Origin: a virus
DNA length: 64,000 nucleotides
Strand: one strand, 5' to 3'
IMG/VR virus record: IMGVR_UViG_3300025120_000017
Location: 1-64,000 of that record
The first letter of the stretch is position 1. The number at the start of each line of letters is the position of its first letter. This document shows, in pieces, positions 28,220 through 37,641 of this stretch. A model generated the notes under the pieces. The model had not been told where the DNA came from, did no database searches, and saw nothing but the letters and a program-made list of their open reading frames with translations. The translations under genes and the position numbers were made by a program.

Positions 28220-29348
28220 GATCTGGCATTTCTTTAGAGTATTTATTAAGTATCCATTCTGTTACTTTTAAAGATTCATCTAATAATCCATTAAAGTAAA
28301 GTATTACACTCATATTATCATAAAACCTCCATGTGTATATATCAGTTTCTATAAATAAAGAAGCTGTGTTTTTATTATTATGTAAAATGTCATGAGCAAT
28401 ATCAGCCACCATCTTAGCATTTCTCCACATCTTAGCATTTCTATACAAAGTAGTTAATTCAAATATATGCTCAATCCTACCGTTGGAATTATATTCTTCA
28501 CATTTGCTTAATTCAAATATAACATGCTCATTACTTGAAACATACCAACTTAGCCTGCCTATCATTAACTGTGAATAATAAATCTCTTCATTAAATCCAC
28601 CGCCTGTAGCAACTCTATCTTTATAAAAATTAATAGACTTTTTAAGTAAATCTAAACCACGCTCATTTTTAATATTTTTGCCAAGAGCAATCAACGCAGC
28701 ATCTTTATAACTTTGTGCCAGATAAAATGTCCATCTAGGATCTGCCCAATCATTCTTTTCTTGATATTCTAATAAAATATCTGCATGATCTTCGTATTTT
28801 TTACTAACATCTCCTCTCCATGAATTACCTTCAGCCCTAATAAAAACATCACCATATGAAAATGCTAATGCGTTTTCATTCTTTACATCATTAGTTCTAA
28901 GTATTTCATGTACTGGGCCATACCAATGGTAATCAGACTTAAAATTATATAGCTGAGATCTGTTATATTTTAATGAACCATATACACATTTAAACAATAA
29001 CTGATCTGGCATTTGCTTAATAAGTTCTTGCTTAAATTTATTTTTGTCCCAACTTGAATTTAATCTAAGCTCTTCATCTGCATCTATCCAAAAGCCATAA
29101 TCTCCTAGATCTTTTCCATGTTCAATTGATTTATTTCTACACTCCTCAAAGTTTGTAAATTCAAAATCAATTATCTTTCCAGAAATTCTTGGGTGCTTAT
29201 CAAAAAAAGCATTAATTATATCTTTTGTCTTATCCGTTGATCCTGTGTCAACTATGCAGTATGCATCTATGAGATCTATGCAAGAATTAAGAACACGCTC
29301 CATCACGTGCTCCTCATTCTTTACTATCATTGTTAAAACAACCTTCAT
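28149..29348 (-). CDS. GT2 glycosyltransferase with TPR-like C-terminus
   Basis: MIVKNEE, VDTGSTD, RN, IDADE, GPVHE; helical DPRWTFYLAQSYKD and EEIYYS segments. Confidence 0.88.
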   Translation of the reverse strand: MKVVLTMIVKNEEHVMERVLNSCIDLIDAYCIVDTGSTDKTKDIINAFFDKHPRISGKIIDFEFTNFEECRNKSIEHGKDLGDYGFWIDADEELRLNSSWDKNKFKQELIKQMPDQLLFKCVYGSLKYNRSQLYNFKSDYHWYGPVHEILRTNDVKNENALAFSYGDVFIRAEGNSWRGDVSKKYEDHADILLEYQEKNDWADPRWTFYLAQSYKDAALIALGKNIKNERGLDLLKKSINFYKDRVATGGGFNEEIYYSQLMIGRLSWYVSSNEHVIFELSKCEEYNSNGRIEHIFELTTLYRNAKMWRNAKMVADIAHDILHNNKNTASLFIETDIYTWRFYDNMSVILYFNGLLDESLKVTEWILNKYSKEMPDHERKRIENNEKLTRNAISARKNI

Positions 29349-29591
29349 CTAACCTTCTGTTGCAACATTATCAATATCAGGACCATTTGACTCATCTTCT
29401 TTAGTCGGAGCTAATAGGCTAATTGATTGGCTAATTAATTTTAAATCATTCCAATCAAATATTCCATTTTTTCTACCTAAGTCAGCTGCCTGTATCAATA
29501 CATGAATAGCTTGTCCAACATTAGTAACATCCACATCTTGTGAAGTTTCTGCTTTCGCTTCTGGAGCGTCTTTTACATTTTCTGTGCTCAT
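29349..29591 (-). CDS. hypothetical protein
   Basis: 80-aa ORF; stop abuts the GT2 start. Confidence 0.6.
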   Translation of the reverse strand: MSTENVKDAPEAKAETSQDVDVTNVGQAIHVLIQAADLGRKNGIFDWNDLKLISQSISLLAPTKEDESNGPDIDNVATEG

Positions 29592-29613
29592 TATCTATTT
29601 GTTTAAAAATTAA

Positions 29614-30561
29614 TTATTTACCTAACATTATATTTATTTCTTGGTTATCTAAGTCAGAAACTATCTTACCTGTGAATTTATATGCAGGTAATAATAATAC
29701 TTCTGAAAACTTAAATGATACTGGCATATTAACATCTTCTAAATCTACTGACTTATCAACTTTTAATGTCCCATTCCCGTTTGTTAATTCAGGAATAAAT
29801 TTTGAACTATTTCCTATTTCGTGACTAGTTGCGCCCCAATCTGCTGTATCTAAAGTATTTATTACAACATTTGCCGTGCCATCAACTCCACCTAATGCAG
29901 TATCAGTTGATACAAGAACCCATTTGCTTGTATCAAGATTATAAACAAATATTACATCTAGTGCTTGATTAACATATGAGTAATATTCTTTATTTGCAGG
30001 ATATGGGTTTGCAGTTGCTCCTGTTGCACCAGTTACTCCAGAAAAGTATAAAAAGTTACTGGATAAAACTGCGCTAAATTGATGATCATATAAATCTTTT
30101 ACTTTAGGAGCAGATGCACCTGTAGGACCCAGAGCGACTGTTGTATCTAAATAACTAAATTCGTTACTTAACATATATTCAGTGTATTGAGTAGTTTGAA
30201 AAGTTGCTAAGCTAGGTATTGGAGCTGTTTTACCGCTGCTTGCAGTTGCACCGCTGCTACAACCACAATTACTTCCTACTGAAGATATAGATGAGCATGC
30301 ATCATATATAGTTAAAGAGCCATCATTATCAGAAGACTTGGGCTTGTCTAACCAACGTAATCTAACAAATAAAAATTTCCATTTCCCATCTATCACAATC
30401 TCTTCGTTTTTATTAAGTAAGTATGTTGAGCTACTCCAATTATCTACTGATTGTGTGAAGTCTTTAAGACTTAATGATACATCACTAAATACTAAGTTTC
30501 CATTACTTGTTATTTTTGGCCCATTTTCATTAATATTGATGTTTTTATTATATGCAGTCAT
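29614..30561 (-). CDS. probable virion structural protein, Ser/Thr/Gly-rich
   Basis: Beta-rich composition with GPTGA, GVTGATGAT and GAT motifs. Confidence 0.5.
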   Translation of the reverse strand: MTAYNKNININENGPKITSNGNLVFSDVSLSLKDFTQSVDNWSSSTYLLNKNEEIVIDGKWKFLFVRLRWLDKPKSSDNDGSLTIYDACSSISSVGSNCGCSSGATASSGKTAPIPSLATFQTTQYTEYMLSNEFSYLDTTVALGPTGASAPKVKDLYDHQFSAVLSSNFLYFSGVTGATGATANPYPANKEYYSYVNQALDVIFVYNLDTSKWVLVSTDTALGGVDGTANVVINTLDTADWGATSHEIGNSSKFIPELTNGNGTLKVDKSVDLEDVNMPVSFKFSEVLLLPAYKFTGKIVSDLDNQEINIMLGK

Positions 30562-30571
30562 TAGAACTTTA

Positions 30572-31195
30572 TTATTTTTTAGAACTGTTCGGTGTTCCTT
30601 TTTCTATTTTTTTGTCTGATACGTTTAATACCTTTAAAGTTTTTGTAGGATCTAGGTTACTCCAAAATGGATTAATGCTTTTAACCTTCTTATCTTTAGT
30701 AGATTTTTCTATAGGCTTCTCTTTAGTAGATTTTTCTATAGGCTTCTCTTCAATAGATTCTAATTTACTAGGATTCAAATAATCTAATAAAGATTTCATA
30801 AATCCTAATGCAACTACTGGCAAAATTCCTCCGCTTATTATTGTAAATATTCTTTTTTGAATATCAGGATCTTCATCTATTAAACTAAGTAAATGAATCC
30901 ATTCTGATAAATCTTTAGCATTTATCCAAGCCCAATACATATTACAATGTACTTGAAATATCGTTAGCACTATAAATAAACTCCAAATAAGCGTTTTATT
31001 TCCTCTTGAAATTAATAAACCTCCAAGAGATGCAATTGCACCTAATTCAAAGGCTAAAGCTAAAGACCAGCTTAATCCTATGCCATTTGATAATTTAAAG
31101 AACTCTACGCTATGAATAGTACTTACTGTACTAACTATTAACCATAAGCCAATATATGTACTTATCCAAAATTTTTCCTGAAGTGTTAATTTCAT
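30572..31195 (-). CDS. multi-pass membrane protein
   Basis: About four hydrophobic segments; C-terminal EKPIEKSTK twice (27-bp tandem at 30693-30746). Confidence 0.7.
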   Translation of the reverse strand: MKLTLQEKFWISTYIGLWLIVSTVSTIHSVEFFKLSNGIGLSWSLALAFELGAIASLGGLLISRGNKTLIWSLFIVLTIFQVHCNMYWAWINAKDLSEWIHLLSLIDEDPDIQKRIFTIISGGILPVVALGFMKSLLDYLNPSKLESIEEKPIEKSTKEKPIEKSTKDKKVKSINPFWSNLDPTKTLKVLNVSDKKIEKGTPNSSKK

Positions 31196-31626
31196 TTCTT
31201 AACTTTCTCATTTATGAGTTTGTCTATCTCCTTTAGATATTTAATTAACTCAGGCTCTTTTAATTTCTTAAGCACTGATAAATCATTAGATCCTAATCTT
31301 AACTTATTTACCATATATAGTAAACAATCTGGGTCTATGCTTTTTGAGTTTTTAGGTGATGTTAGCTTAGCAAAGTTAACTTTGGCAGGTAATGGGTCTT
31401 TCTTAGCAGAGTATATCAATTTAAAATATCCATTCCAAAAATCCGTTGCAATTACTGGGTTGGTTTTTAAATGGCTAAATGATGCAGATAATTCAGGATA
31501 TATCCTAGCAAGATGCCTATTAACCATAAAGATATGCCTACCTTTATCAACAGCAGATACATTATCATAAGCAGGTTTACCAAGTACCTTTAAAATATCA
31601 AAATATGATTTAATTTCAATACTCAT
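31192..31626 (-). CDS. putative clamp-loader small subunit (gp62-like)
   Basis: FD and FMVNRHLA motifs, size, same operon as gp44. Confidence 0.5.
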   Translation of the reverse strand: MSIEIKSYFDILKVLGKPAYDNVSAVDKGRHIFMVNRHLARIYPELSASFSHLKTNPVIATDFWNGYFKLIYSAKKDPLPAKVNFAKLTSPKNSKSIDPDCLLYMVNKLRLGSNDLSVLKKLKEPELIKYLKEIDKLINEKVKK

Positions 31627-32927
31627 AATCCTAAATGTTTAAATAAGTTAGCACTTGTTGATTGCTGTTCATAAGTATCTTTTGTGTAGTGCGGATTTTT
31701 TTGCAATAAAGATTTATATGAAAGCATATCTTTTAGGTTAAGATCATTAGTATCATAAGTTTCTTCAATCCAATCAACCATGGTTTCATATATGCTTTGT
31801 GGTAGACAACCATGATGTAATCCCATAAGATCTCTATTAATTTTTATATTATTACATATGCTATCAGTTGTAAAAGTTTTTGTAGGTTTAAAGTTTCTTA
31901 GTATTGAATTAGCAAGAGATACTATAAAATCATTATTAAAAAAATCTAAAAAGTTATATTTATTATAATCTAATTCTTTTTTTATTTTATCAATAGCTCG
32001 TTTTCCTATTCTAACATCTCTCCACTGTCCTTTTCGTTTACCTGACATAAATTTTCTAGGCTCCATGATAACTGATCTAACATTATCACCATCATCTCCT
32101 GTTAATATTTTAGTAAAGATAATATCAAAAGGATCTTCTACTACTAAATTAATATCATTGCTTTGTGTGAACCCGTTAAATTTATTTCTAATTAATGAAT
32201 CGTTTGTTAATAGATATTGTGCAGTGTCATTACACATTACAATTTTCTTTTCAGTTTTCTTATGATGTATAACAAATGATTCACTTACATGATTATGTCC
32301 TATTAACTGTTTAAGATCATTATCTCCACTATATATCATAACAGATTTTGCTTTAGCCATGTAGTGAGCAGATATGGCAAATATAAGATCATCACCTTCA
32401 CATCCATTAATCTTAACAGTTTTAATACCTACAAGCTCTTTAATATCTTTTAAGAATTCATCAAATATCGAATACACTGCAGACCAATTAAATGATTTGT
32501 CTTTTACTCTAGTTCCTTTATAATCTATTGATAATGATGCAATGTCTTGTAAGTGTTTTAATTGTTCAGCTTCAGCATTTTTATATTCTTCAGCAGTTGC
32601 AATTACATTTCCTTCTAAATCTAAAAGGTTTCCACTTTTATCTAAATCTGGCTCATATGATGCATATGATTTGTCTTGAAAGAAATCATTTCTCCAAGAG
32701 TAATCATCTACTGTAATAATAATTTCATTTATTATATTTGCAGACTTTCTAACATCTGAAGATAAATCCATTGTGAGTTTATGTATTAATGAATTTTTAT
32801 CTTTTTCTTGCTTATCTTTATCATCTGTTTTTAAAAACATTGGAGATGTTGTATCAAATGCTCCGCATACTGATAAAGTTTTATGTAAATAGAAGTTTCC
32901 ATCTATTAAGTAAGTTAATTTTTTCAT
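31623..32927 (-). CDS. rnh: RNase H / 5'-3' flap exonuclease
   Basis: LIDGN, YKGTR, EGDDLI, SGDNDLKQL, GDDGDNV. Confidence 0.9.
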   Translation of the reverse strand: MKKLTYLIDGNFYLHKTLSVCGAFDTTSPMFLKTDDKDKQEKDKNSLIHKLTMDLSSDVRKSANIINEIIITVDDYSWRNDFFQDKSYASYEPDLDKSGNLLDLEGNVIATAEEYKNAEAEQLKHLQDIASLSIDYKGTRVKDKSFNWSAVYSIFDEFLKDIKELVGIKTVKINGCEGDDLIFAISAHYMAKAKSVMIYSGDNDLKQLIGHNHVSESFVIHHKKTEKKIVMCNDTAQYLLTNDSLIRNKFNGFTQSNDINLVVEDPFDIIFTKILTGDDGDNVRSVIMEPRKFMSGKRKGQWRDVRIGKRAIDKIKKELDYNKYNFLDFFNNDFIVSLANSILRNFKPTKTFTTDSICNNIKINRDLMGLHHGCLPQSIYETMVDWIEETYDTNDLNLKDMLSYKSLLQKNPHYTKDTYEQQSTSANLFKHLGL

Positions 32928-33883
32928 GAATTTGTTAATTTATGAATGTTAAATACTAATGCTGCTAATGCGTTCATCTTATCAGCAACAAACTGTGACT
33001 TGTACATCCAATCTGCTTGCAGTGATGTGATAGGACCTAATAGCATTATTTTATCGCTTTGTTCTTTATTAATGTAATCGCCTAAATCCTTTCCTAAAGC
33101 CATAATAACATTATCTTCGTTACCTAGATAGTTTTTATAAATATAACTATAAATTTGAAAATATGTTACCTTTTTGATGAAGAACATTTCAAATAATTCT
33201 TTAAATTCTCCTGTAAATTTATCCAAGTCATCTTCGTTAATAACTGTCTTACCTTCAGAGTTAATACTCTGTAAAAAAGTAATGGTACTTCTAAGATCTG
33301 GAAAGTATTCTTTAACTATTTTAAGTATTGCAGGTGGTGTAATTTGTATTCCTTCGTTTTTAGAAATTTTATGAACTCTTATGATATATTGCTTTATTAA
33401 ATCCCTTTCATCTTCTTTACTAAAATTAAAATCAACACAATCAAATCTAGATTTCATATGATCAGGTATCTTAGTGAAATAATTACAGGTTGCAATAAAT
33501 TTAGTAGTTGAGGAAAATTGTTCCATTGCACCTCTCATTGCTTTAAAATAAGAATCTGATGCACCATCAAACTCATCAAGAATTACTATCTTTTCTTTTC
33601 TATCTACACCTTCAAAGCTTAATGCAATATTTGAACAAAAATCAGTAATCTTATTTCTAACCGTATCTACACCAGTTTCGATAGAGCAATTTATATACAT
33701 AGAGCTTTTACCTTTTGCAATGATACGTGCTAGGCTAGTTTTACCCAACCCTGCTGATCCATGCAGTAGCATATGATTCTGAATTCCATTATTTACCTTA
33801 GTGATAATCCGCTCAGGAAGAATCATATCTTCTATGCTTTGTGGTCTATACTTCTCTACCCAAATGCTATTTTTAATGCTCAT
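32924..33883 (-). CDS. gp44: clamp loader large subunit (RFC-like AAA+)
   Basis: WVEKYRP, GSAGLGKT, ILDEFD, FIATCN, SRF, FPDLR. Confidence 0.95.
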   Translation of the reverse strand: MSIKNSIWVEKYRPQSIEDMILPERIITKVNNGIQNHMLLHGSAGLGKTSLARIIAKGKSSMYINCSIETGVDTVRNKITDFCSNIALSFEGVDRKEKIVILDEFDGASDSYFKAMRGAMEQFSSTTKFIATCNYFTKIPDHMKSRFDCVDFNFSKEDERDLIKQYIIRVHKISKNEGIQITPPAILKIVKEYFPDLRSTITFLQSINSEGKTVINEDDLDKFTGEFKELFEMFFIKKVTYFQIYSYIYKNYLGNEDNVIMALGKDLGDYINKEQSDKIMLLGPITSLQADWMYKSQFVADKMNALAALVFNIHKLTNS

Positions 33884-33901
33884 ATAATGTATTTTTATTT
33901 G

Positions 33902-33929
33902 TTAAATACAATAGATGGTTAATATGTTT
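33902..33929 (-). promoter_or_regulatory. putative middle (ECF) promoter
   Basis: AAACA-N16-TATTTAA upstream of gp44. Confidence 0.6.
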
Positions 33930-33936
33930 TAAAAAA

Positions 33937-34575
33937 ATGAAAGAAATAGCTGAAGTGACTTATATTAAAAATGAATTAAGCCCATCATGGTTTATTGAAA
34001 AACCTATAGATTTTGAATATAAGGTATATCAACTAATGGCGTTTTTAAAGAAATGTGGAAATAATGTAAATAATGGATATTGGTTTCCAGATTTTGAAAT
34101 AATAGAAAAACGATATAAAGACATCGAAAGTTTTAAAGAAAGCTCTGAAATTATTTATGCTAATAAACATGATAAAGAGCTATTTGATTACATCTATGAT
34201 TTACCTAATAACTCTAATGAGTATGCTCAAGTGACTAGGATAGTTGAATTTGGTTATAATGTAATTGGTAATATGTACTATGAGTTAAGAGCTCATATGG
34301 AATATATTATTGCAAATATTAAAATTTTTAATAAAATAAAAAATAAAAGAAAATCTCCTATATATTTTATAGAATCTTGTGATACTGGAATTATAGAAAA
34401 ATATAAAGTAGGAAAATCATCAATTATTAATTTAGGGACGTTTCATTCAAATAATTATAGTTTTTTAAACAATGAAGAAAACTACATACAAATAATTTCA
34501 AATATATCTATAGATGCTGAAAGGTGTTTGATTCCTATTGCTAGGAATCTTATTAAATCGGGAGATTATTTTTAA
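33937..34575 (+). CDS. hypothetical protein
   Basis: 212-aa ORF with WFIEKPIDFEYKVYQLMAFL segment. Confidence 0.6.
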   Translation: MKEIAEVTYIKNELSPSWFIEKPIDFEYKVYQLMAFLKKCGNNVNNGYWFPDFEIIEKRYKDIESFKESSEIIYANKHDKELFDYIYDLPNNSNEYAQVTRIVEFGYNVIGNMYYELRAHMEYIIANIKIFNKIKNKRKSPIYFIESCDTGIIEKYKVGKSSIINLGTFHSNNYSFLNNEENYIQIISNISIDAERCLIPIARNLIKSGDYF

Positions 34576-35188
34576 TGCTTTTATATATTCCGCTTATTTT
34601 AGTTTTATCATCAGGGTATATGCTTCTTAAATAGTTTTTATGCCTATTAAGTATTTTATTTAAAATAGCCTTTTCATTATCTTGTTCAAGCTTAAAAAAA
34701 TCTATTATGTTTTTAGAAAACTTTTCACCATATAATGATTTGATATTAGAACTATAATGAAAGCTGCTGTTGCTCTTTAAAAAGTGTAAACTAGTGCATC
34801 TACTGCATATGAAATGCCTAATGTTTCTTGATCCCCATTCTACAAATATTTCAGCTCCACAATTTATACAATTATATTCTGTGCCTGTGCTTATTTTATA
34901 AAAATCATTTTTTGAGACAACTGTCTTTTGATTATATAGTGGAATAAATGAAGGGTATAATGGAAAAAGGCGCTTAGCTTTAGTAGATGATATTTTAGTA
35001 TAAATAGTTTCATTCCATTGAACTAACATATTACAAAACCTATCATCACCATAAAAGGAAGAAAGATATTTATGAGTTGTAAACAAATGTCTTCCATTCT
35101 TAGAAAATTTATTAGTAGATAATCCTTTAAATATTCTATCTACTGCAAACCCTTTCCTATATTTATGCCTTTTAAATTTATGAAGCAC
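34553..35188 (-). CDS. hypothetical zinc-ribbon protein
   Basis: CINC...CSRC. Confidence 0.55.
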   Translation of the reverse strand: MLHKFKRHKYRKGFAVDRIFKGLSTNKFSKNGRHLFTTHKYLSSFYGDDRFCNMLVQWNETIYTKISSTKAKRLFPLYPSFIPLYNQKTVVSKNDFYKISTGTEYNCINCGAEIFVEWGSRNIRHFICSRCTSLHFLKSNSSFHYSSNIKSLYGEKFSKNIIDFFKLEQDNEKAILNKILNRHKNYLRSIYPDDKTKISGIYKSIKNNLPI

Positions 35189-35191
35189 TAA

Positions 35192-36364
35192 TTATGATTT
35201 TAAGAAATGTGATAATGGTTTAATACGAGATTCGCCTAACTTTTTAAGATCCTCTTTTGCTTTCTTTTCATCTTTTTTGAGCTCAGCAATATCTTCCTTA
35301 TTGTCATCAATAAGTTTCTTTTCTTTTTGAATTAATTGTGTAAATTTATCAGTATCTGTTGCTGATTTCTTTTTATCTTCTAATTCTTTAATCTTTTCGT
35401 TAGAAGAATCAATATCCTTTTGTGCTTGTTCAGCTGCATCATTATATCCTTTAATGTCTGCCTCTAATTTACTTCTAGGATCATCATCTTTAGGTTCTTC
35501 TTTAGGTTCTTCTTTAGGTTCTTCATCTTTAGACTCACCATCTTCAGCAGATTTAGTTAAAGGTTCAGTATCTTTAGACTCATCATCTTCAGCAGATTTA
35601 GTTAAAGGTTCAGTATCTTTAGACTCACCATCTTTATCGTCATCTTTAGCAGAATCATCTTCTGCTTTCTTTACTGCGTCTTTTGCATCTTTATTTGTAA
35701 TAGGCTCACCATCATCATCGGTTTTTTGCTTAACCTCTTTTTCAATACTACCAATCTCTGCAGCAATTTCTCCGATTTCTGATTTTATACTAGCAATTTC
35801 AGAATTATATGCTCTTACATTTGCCATAGAAACTTGAAACTTCTTATGTAATTTAAAAAGACTTAGTTGATATTTTAACTTAGCATACTTTTCATATTTT
35901 GAAACTACTGGAGATTCTTTCTTTAGATCATCAAGAGGTTTCTTTACTTTATCATCTATTGATTTAATTGCTGCATCATATGATTTTTTTAATGCAACTC
36001 TTTCTTTATCTTTTATTTCAGATTCTTTATCATTATCACTTATGCTTTTTGACTTTTGTACATAATTTTTTGCTGCTTGGTCATATCCTTTATACTTAGC
36101 TTTAACTAATTTACGGCCTCTTAGAACATTTCTAATGTCTTTAAAAAGACCTTCGTTAATAAACCCGTTAGATTCTAATAAAAGGTCATTAATGCTCATT
36201 TCTATATTAGATTCGCAAAACGTATCAACACCTGCAGGTGCAATAATATACAAATATGCTGCTAGCCACTCTGCTTTAGTATACTTATCATATTCTGGGC
36301 AAGATCTATTCAAGAGAAATGTTTCATTCATTTCTTCATATTGTGATATATTTAAAAGCATCAT
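35192..36364 (-). CDS. coiled-coil / low-complexity protein, possible head core component
   Basis: MNE, LLES, INEG and LGES sites; acidic repeats; C-terminal IKPLSHFLKS. Confidence 0.55.
   Translation of the reverse strand: MMLLNISQYEEMNETFLLNRSCPEYDKYTKAEWLAAYLYIIAPAGVDTFCESNIEMSINDLLLESNGFINEGLFKDIRNVLRGRKLVKAKYKGYDQAAKNYVQKSKSISDNDKESEIKDKERVALKKSYDAAIKSIDDKVKKPLDDLKKESPVVSKYEKYAKLKYQLSLFKLHKKFQVSMANVRAYNSEIASIKSEIGEIAAEIGSIEKEVKQKTDDDGEPITNKDAKDAVKKAEDDSAKDDDKDGESKDTEPLTKSAEDDESKDTEPLTKSAEDGESKDEEPKEEPKEEPKDDDPRSKLEADIKGYNDAAEQAQKDIDSSNEKIKELEDKKKSATDTDKFTQLIQKEKKLIDDNKEDIAELKKDEKKAKEDLKKLGESRIKPLSHFLKS
35489..35632 (-). repeat. intragenic tandem repeats (12-bp EEPK units; 45-bp ESKDTEPLTKSAED x2)
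   Basis: Direct repeats visible in both DNA and protein. Confidence 0.85.
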
Positions 36365-36816
36365 GATTTTCTATTTTGTATTTTTCTATAAACTAATTCA
36401 AATGTAATTGAAAAAATAGTTTTCATTGTTACAAATGATATTACTATATTTAATAAGCTATCAAATAATAAAATTGATTTTGCTAGGAATATTAAACTGA
36501 ATTGAATATTTTGCAGTAGGTGCCAACCATCTGTAAAGCTGACTAATATAGTTGAGCTATATGGAAACCTTTCTATGTACATAGGTTTATGCATTCCTAA
36601 ATAATACCAAGGTTTTTTATAGTTAGGTAATGGCATCTTATTTGAATATGATGTTTTATCTAAATACACTGTTTTATCTATTTTCCATTTCATTTTCCAA
36701 CTACTACTCTTATTCCACCAATTCTTCTTAAATCTGCCTAATGCGCTACTATCTTTTAACGCATTTATAAAACCAATAAGTATTGTGAATATTATTATTA
36801 TGAATATATCTAACAT
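36361..36816 (-). CDS. membrane protein
   Basis: Three hydrophobic segments; W-rich loop and TDGWH. Confidence 0.65.
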   Translation of the reverse strand: MLDIFIIIIFTILIGFINALKDSSALGRFKKNWWNKSSSWKMKWKIDKTVYLDKTSYSNKMPLPNYKKPWYYLGMHKPMYIERFPYSSTILVSFTDGWHLLQNIQFSLIFLAKSILLFDSLLNIVISFVTMKTIFSITFELVYRKIQNRKS

Positions 36817-36830
36817 TGTAATGTTTTATT

Positions 36831-37538
36831 TTAATCCCACCAGTATTTATTAATTAATTGAACAAATTTACTTCTATAATTCTGAAATAACTCTATATGC
36901 TCTAATCCCTCTATCTTATCTACTATTTCAAATAACCGTTCACCGCCTGATTTACCTTTATGATCAGCTTGTTTAATATCCATAGTAATAAACATTTTAG
37001 AACCTTCTCCTAGCCTAGTTAATAAGGCATACATAGTATGAGGATCGCATGATTGTCCTTCATCTACAAGAACTACTGCAGTTTCCATAGAATCACCTAA
37101 ATTCCTTCCTCTTAAATAAGGCATAGGTAAAAACACTATCTCTTCCTCATCAATAGCTTTATTAATTCTATTTAGTTTAGAAGCACCGTTACTATAATTT
37201 GCTTTAATAGCATCTAAGAATGGTTGCATATAAACTGCGTTTTTATCCTTTTCAGTTCCAGGGATAGCACCAAATTTAGCAAACTGAGATAATTCTACAG
37301 GCGGTCTTGTGCAATATATTTTTTGGATTTCCCCTCTAAATAATAAATCTAAAGCAACATTCATTGATAGTGTAGACTTTGAAGTCCCTGGACTACCATT
37401 TAATATTGAACACGTAGATGTTAGCATTATAGCTTTAGCTTCCTTTTGTTCTTGAGTAAGAGTAATATCAAACTTAATAGGACTCTTTCTTTTCTTTTTT
37501 GGATGAACTTGTGTTATGCTTTTATTTGAGTGTGACAT
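36831..37538 (-). CDS. phoH: PhoH-like ATPase
   Basis: GSPGTSKS, TRP, GAIPG, YLRGRN, VDEGQ, LLTRLGEGSK, QAD, RS. Confidence 0.93.
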   Translation of the reverse strand: MSHSNKSITQVHPKKKRKSPIKFDITLTQEQKEAKAIMLTSTCSILNGSPGTSKSTLSMNVALDLLFRGEIQKIYCTRPPVELSQFAKFGAIPGTEKDKNAVYMQPFLDAIKANYSNGASKLNRINKAIDEEEIVFLPMPYLRGRNLGDSMETAVVLVDEGQSCDPHTMYALLTRLGEGSKMFITMDIKQADHKGKSGGERLFEIVDKIEGLEHIELFQNYRSKFVQLINKYWWD

Positions 37539-37574
37539 AATTATTGATTTTAATATTTATTAATTATATATGCA

Positions 37575-37607
37575 TAAAAAAACGCTAGGAAAAAATCCTA
37601 GCGTTTT
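37575..37607 (-). terminator. intrinsic terminator after the capsid gene
   Basis: AAAACGCTAGGA...TCCTAGCGTTTT with a U run on the minus strand. Confidence 0.85.
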
Positions 37608-37641
37608 ATAAATTATGATCTAAGGGTTAATCCTTTAAGGA

